Origin: Arenicellales bacterium
GTDB taxonomy: Bacteria > Pseudomonadota > Gammaproteobacteria > Arenicellales > JAJDZL01
Reading direction: 5' to 3'
DNA: 64,000 bases
Assembly (NCBI GenBank): GCA_965262855.1
Contig: OZ253563.1
Coordinates: 1,635,011 to 1,699,010, forward strand
The stretch's first letter is position 1. Each line of letters starts with the position of its first letter. Below the pieces are notes generated by a model. That model did not search any database and was not told the origin of the DNA. It saw nothing but the letters and a program-made list of their open reading frames with translations. A program made the position numbers and the translations under genes. Positions 60,321 through 64,000 of the stretch are shown in pieces.

Positions 60321-60321
60321 A

Positions 60322-61479
60322 TTAACCTTCCGCAGGATGCTTCTCGCATAACAAAATTTTCAAAATTTGTTCGTATATCAAGGACAACTGGTTTAAATCA
60401 TCGAGTCCAACACATTCATTCACTCTATGAATTGTTGTATTCAACGGTCCAAGCTCCACAACTTGAGCACCAGATTTCGCAACAAAACGACCGTCCGAAG
60501 TTCCTCCAGCAGTTGATAATTTCGGCATTCGGTTGATAGTTCTACTAACCGCTTCCGATACAACACTAGTGAAAAACCTGCTTTCGTTATAGTATGAATC
60601 TGCAGAATTGGTCCAAGTGGCTTCATAATTGAGTTTCAGTTCTCGGCAAAGATTCTCTACTTGTTTTGTTAGAGTTCTGGCATTTGTTGCAGGAGAATAG
60701 CGAAAGTTCAAATTGAGATGCAGCAGTCCAGGAATTACGTTAGCTACACCTACACCCGAATTTACATTTGAAATTTGCAATGTTGTGTTGGGGAACAATT
60801 CATCGCCGTCATTCCATTTCATGCTTGCGAGACCAGAGATTAACTCCCCTGCTCGATGAATAGGATTGTCAGCAAGGTGTGGATAAGCAACGTGTCCTTG
60901 CTTTCCGTAAACTACGATTTCACCAGATAAAGATCCTCTTCGCCCAACTTTCATGGTATCGCCCAATACGACTTCCGACGTCGGTTCTGCCACCAAACAA
61001 TAATCTATTATCTCAGAGCGATTCAACAGCTGATCAAGGGCATAACGAGTTCCATTTATAGCAACACCTTCTTCATCACTCGTAATTAGCAGTGATACCG
61101 ATCCAACAAAAGAGTTTTGACATGCAAAAAACCTCTCGCAAGCAGTAATGATGGCAGCAATGCTGCCTTTCATGTCTGCTGCTCCCCGCCCATGCAGGAA
61201 ACCATCAGCCAGTGTCGCTGAAAATGGTGGATAGGTCCATTCCGACTCGTTTCCGATAGGCACTACATCGGTATGGCCAATGAAGGTCAATAGCGGGGAT
61301 TTAGTGCCTTTGCGAGCCCAGAGATTTTTTACCTCACCACAATCCATGGTTTCAATTTGAAAGCCCACGGACTCTAGCCGGCTCGCAATGATTTGCTGAC
61401 AACCCCCGTCTTCCGGAGTGATTGAGCGTCTGCCTACTAATTCTCTAGCTAGGCTAATTGTTTCTGTTTCTGTTGACAT
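60322..61479 (-). CDS. dapE: Succinyl-diaminopimelate desuccinylase
   Basis: GHTDVVP, GRGAADMKG, SDEEG, GRRGS, QGHVAYPH, GGTSDGRF, TIHRVNE; 1 bp before the argD start. Confidence 0.95.
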   Translation of the reverse strand: MSTETETISLARELVGRRSITPEDGGCQQIIASRLESVGFQIETMDCGEVKNLWARKGTKSPLLTFIGHTDVVPIGNESEWTYPPFSATLADGFLHGRGAADMKGSIAAIITACERFFACQNSFVGSVSLLITSDEEGVAINGTRYALDQLLNRSEIIDYCLVAEPTSEVVLGDTMKVGRRGSLSGEIVVYGKQGHVAYPHLADNPIHRAGELISGLASMKWNDGDELFPNTTLQISNVNSGVGVANVIPGLLHLNLNFRYSPATNARTLTKQVENLCRELKLNYEATWTNSADSYYNESRFFTSVVSEAVSRTINRMPKLSTAGGTSDGRFVAKSGAQVVELGPLNTTIHRVNECVGLDDLNQLSLIYEQILKILLCEKHPAEG

Positions 61480-61744
61480 TATCGATTGGAACAAGAAAAG
61501 TCGGTTGAATTGGATTTGTGATTATATTTTTTTACGAACTCCAATTATCTGAATTAGATGTTCTTTGCAAAGGGTATGTCTTGCAAAATTAACCTAATTG
61601 AGTAAATACCCGTTATTGCACAACAAAGCGAATCAATCATTGAAATTCATCATTTGAATAATTCCTCAATCCTAGAAGTTGGAGTTGTTTGTGTAGTTAC
61701 GTGGTTTTCAAATTATCGTTTACATATTAATTGAATTAGGTGCT

Positions 61745-63073
61745 TTGATGTTTCGACTATTGAAATGTTTATTTCGCTCTTATCGCTCGTGGTTGATTAC
61801 CGCACTACTTTTCGGTGGAGTCAACTTCAGTTTGAGTGAATGTGTGAGAGGTGAGGATTCAATCGCAAATATTCCTCTATATTATTCGCTGGGCGGTAGC
61901 AAAGCCACCAACTCTCCCGCTTCTGATTCTTCTCGACTTCGTCTCATGCGAACAAACTCAGGTTGGCCAAGTACCATATGTGGCAGTTTTAACCCGTCCT
62001 TTGACATTCAGGAGATGTTATCGGACCAGTTGAACGACACATTGACAACACTCAGTTCAATTCCTCAAACTATCACTAGTGCTCTTCCTGGCTACATACT
62101 ATGTCGAGCAAAGCCAGGGTTATGCCAATTGCTTCAACACTATGTAGTGAGGGCTGAAAACAAATGGAACCTGTCAGTCAAATCTTGCGAAGAATCTATG
62201 CAGGCTCTCGCTGATGGGAATGACCCATTCCAGGATCTAGTAAAAGTCTCCAAAATTCAAGAATGGCAAAAACAAGCAGTTCTTGGTTCAAGCGCCACCG
62301 AGGCGAAACGAAAGGCGGACAATGCCGATGGTTGCGTAGTGTGGGTAGGCGGTAAAACATCTGGATGTTCTGGCAAAGAACCGATCTGGCTAACGCAAGA
62401 CACAACAAAAGCTGGATGGTGCCTTCTGCTCAACCAGGACAGCAATTGCACCAATGCACCGAGTCAAACAAATTCCGCAAAGGAATCGATCCTCCGAAAG
62501 ACTTGGTCGACACCAGACGCCGCTAGTGATTGGATAACGGATGTCATTGGAGACTATCGAGTGCAAGCTGGGGAAAATTCCTCTACTGTCCCCGGCACTG
62601 GACTATTGCCCAAAATTGACGAAGAATCAGTTCAAATTCAGACGAATTTAACCAGCCTTGTTTACTCTGCGGTACCGCCGCACGAGTCGGACATGGAAAA
62701 TTTACGAACCAATCAAGTTTCACTTTCTGCTTCATTAATTGATGCGCTGCGCGACTTGCCAGACCGTGAATTCTTAATTGCCCGAATCTCCAATGAAATC
62801 GCTCTTTCGCGCATTGTCGATAGAGCATTTCTCGCACGACGTCTATTGCTAAGCGGACTAATGGAACCAAACATTCAGAGCACCGGCACCGCACCTGAAA
62901 CAATTCATAAGCAAATTGAAGTTTTAGAGCGAGAAATTGAACGAGTCACTTTTGAAATGCAAATTAGTCGACGTCTTGTATCCGACACCATATTGAATGT
63001 ACTCGGTGCGCATCGTGCATTTATGACTCCAGCGCCTCCCGCACGCCGCAACCCGCCATCGCTCCTACAATAG
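61745..63073 (+). CDS. PFL_4711-family ICE protein (TIGR03755-like)
   Basis: LYYSLGG, CGSFNP, ALPGYILCRAKPGLCQLL, ADGCVVWVGG, VIGD, GTGLLP. Confidence 0.88.
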   Translation: MMFRLLKCLFRSYRSWLITALLFGGVNFSLSECVRGEDSIANIPLYYSLGGSKATNSPASDSSRLRLMRTNSGWPSTICGSFNPSFDIQEMLSDQLNDTLTTLSSIPQTITSALPGYILCRAKPGLCQLLQHYVVRAENKWNLSVKSCEESMQALADGNDPFQDLVKVSKIQEWQKQAVLGSSATEAKRKADNADGCVVWVGGKTSGCSGKEPIWLTQDTTKAGWCLLLNQDSNCTNAPSQTNSAKESILRKTWSTPDAASDWITDVIGDYRVQAGENSSTVPGTGLLPKIDEESVQIQTNLTSLVYSAVPPHESDMENLRTNQVSLSASLIDALRDLPDREFLIARISNEIALSRIVDRAFLARRLLLSGLMEPNIQSTGTAPETIHKQIEVLEREIERVTFEMQISRRLVSDTILNVLGAHRAFMTPAPPARRNPPSLLQ

Positions 63074-63083
63074 TCTCAATTAA

Positions 63084-64000
63084 ATGAGTGTTCACTCCTA
63101 TTTCGAATTGACCACTACGCTAATCGGATGGCACATAGCAAACGGGATTGCACAATTGCTAGTGTCGAGCGGCTTGATATTTGTTCCATTTGGAGTAGCT
63201 CTGTATCGTAATTGGGCATGGCCAACAAGAAGTCAAGAATCAAAGAATGCTGCTTCGGTTTCACTACGGAGAATGGAACAGGACATGTGCATAGCTACAG
63301 TTGTTGTCATATTTTGTTTTCTGCCTGCAGTCCCGATTGATCCAAGTCGGATTGTGTACTACGATTCGGAATACAAAAAGTCGATTACCGCTGCAGACCC
63401 AAATGTTCCGTATATGCGCAAGACACACACAACTGGTGAAATTCGTACACCTATCTTGTGGTGGCTTGTTTATCAAATTTCGTCACTCCTAACACTTGCT
63501 GTTGTAGATGTTATTGAACTTCTTGGCCAGCCTGGCGTGTTACGTCCAATATTGTTACGAATCTCTCAAGTAGATTTAACTGACGAACCTCTCATAAACG
63601 AAATGCGTGCATTTCGTTATGATTGTTATGAGCCATCATTAGCTAAATATCAAAACAGTGATAATCCACCAAAACCAGCGAATCTGTTTGAAGATGTTGA
63701 CTGGTTAGGATCCCATTTGTTTTTAACTACGCCGGGATACTACAAAAAGTGTGAACAAGTTCCCATTTGCGGAACTGGCTATCACGCAAATACAGAAATT
63801 CGGAGTTGGCGTAGGGTGAACGATTCAGAATCAATCACTTCTGGAAAACCCAACTGCGACGTTTGGTGGGCTCATCCAAATCTCGGACTGAGGTCGAAAC
63901 TGCTTGCCAATATGAATGAGAGATACCCATGGTTTAAGGATGATGTCGATAGAATCAGGGCTAGCTTACAGGGAAATGATGCAACACTGCTGTTTAACAG
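63084..64000 (+). CDS. traG: TraG N-terminal-domain protein, runs off the window; absent from ORF track
   Basis: MSVHSYFELTTTLIGWHIANG..SGLIFVPF..PILWWLVY..FRYDCY..DVDWLGS..CDVWW; open to 64000. Confidence 0.85.
   Translation, partial: MSVHSYFELTTTLIGWHIANGIAQLLVSSGLIFVPFGVALYRNWAWPTRSQESKNAASVSLRRMEQDMCIATVVVIFCFLPAVPIDPSRIVYYDSEYKKSITAADPNVPYMRKTHTTGEIRTPILWWLVYQISSLLTLAVVDVIELLGQPGVLRPILLRISQVDLTDEPLINEMRAFRYDCYEPSLAKYQNSDNPPKPANLFEDVDWLGSHLFLTTPGYYKKCEQVPICGTGYHANTEIRSWRRVNDSESITSGKPNCDVWWAHPNLGLRSKLLANMNERYPWFKDDVDRIRASLQGNDATLLFN

Noticed and set aside
61565-61586. TTGCAA-N10-TTGCAA upstream of dapE/PFL_4711
   Set aside because: Short motif in AT-rich DNA; could be chance and no second instance was noticed

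Overview
Proteobacterial chromosome segment in two parts. (1) 1-24.4 kb is metabolic: an aromatic-catabolism fragment (benzoate-CoA ligase family, 3-hydroxybenzoate 6-monooxygenase-like, pcaF-type thiolase) interrupted by a Schlafen/AlbA_2-HATPase gene; pstSCAB with divergent phoU; metZ preceded by a SAM-II-like riboswitch; and a tightly packed 10-gene minus-strand run (21040->12246). That run joins a Tat-less Psr/Phs-like molybdoenzyme, a DmsB-type Fe-S subunit, a UroD/MtaA-family methyltransferase, a cognate corrinoid protein, a NarI-like membrane cytochrome b, a kinase-like/cold-shock-domain fusion and a variant CDGSH protein. It is the best candidate for an undescribed system. (2) 24.7-64 kb is a PFGI-1/SPI-7/ICEHin1056-type ICE backbone: parA-parB-DUF2857-STY4528; a cargo slot holding an Rpn nuclease gene split by a DUF4338-ISAs1 element (10-bp TSD), ardC and an IS5; a GC-rich type IVb pilus operon with an unusual PilV; and an intact GI-type (MPF_G) T4SS channel set. 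The channel set lacks the coupling-protein/transglycosylase block at its usual position and is split by four chromosomal genes (terC-like, potA-like, argD, dapE), suggesting a domesticated element. Two genes cut by the window edges are absent from the ORF track, and the track gives the wrong strand for argD (it is minus). No tRNA, rRNA or CRISPR array was seen. Family names come from recalled motifs and synteny; no HMM or database search was run.
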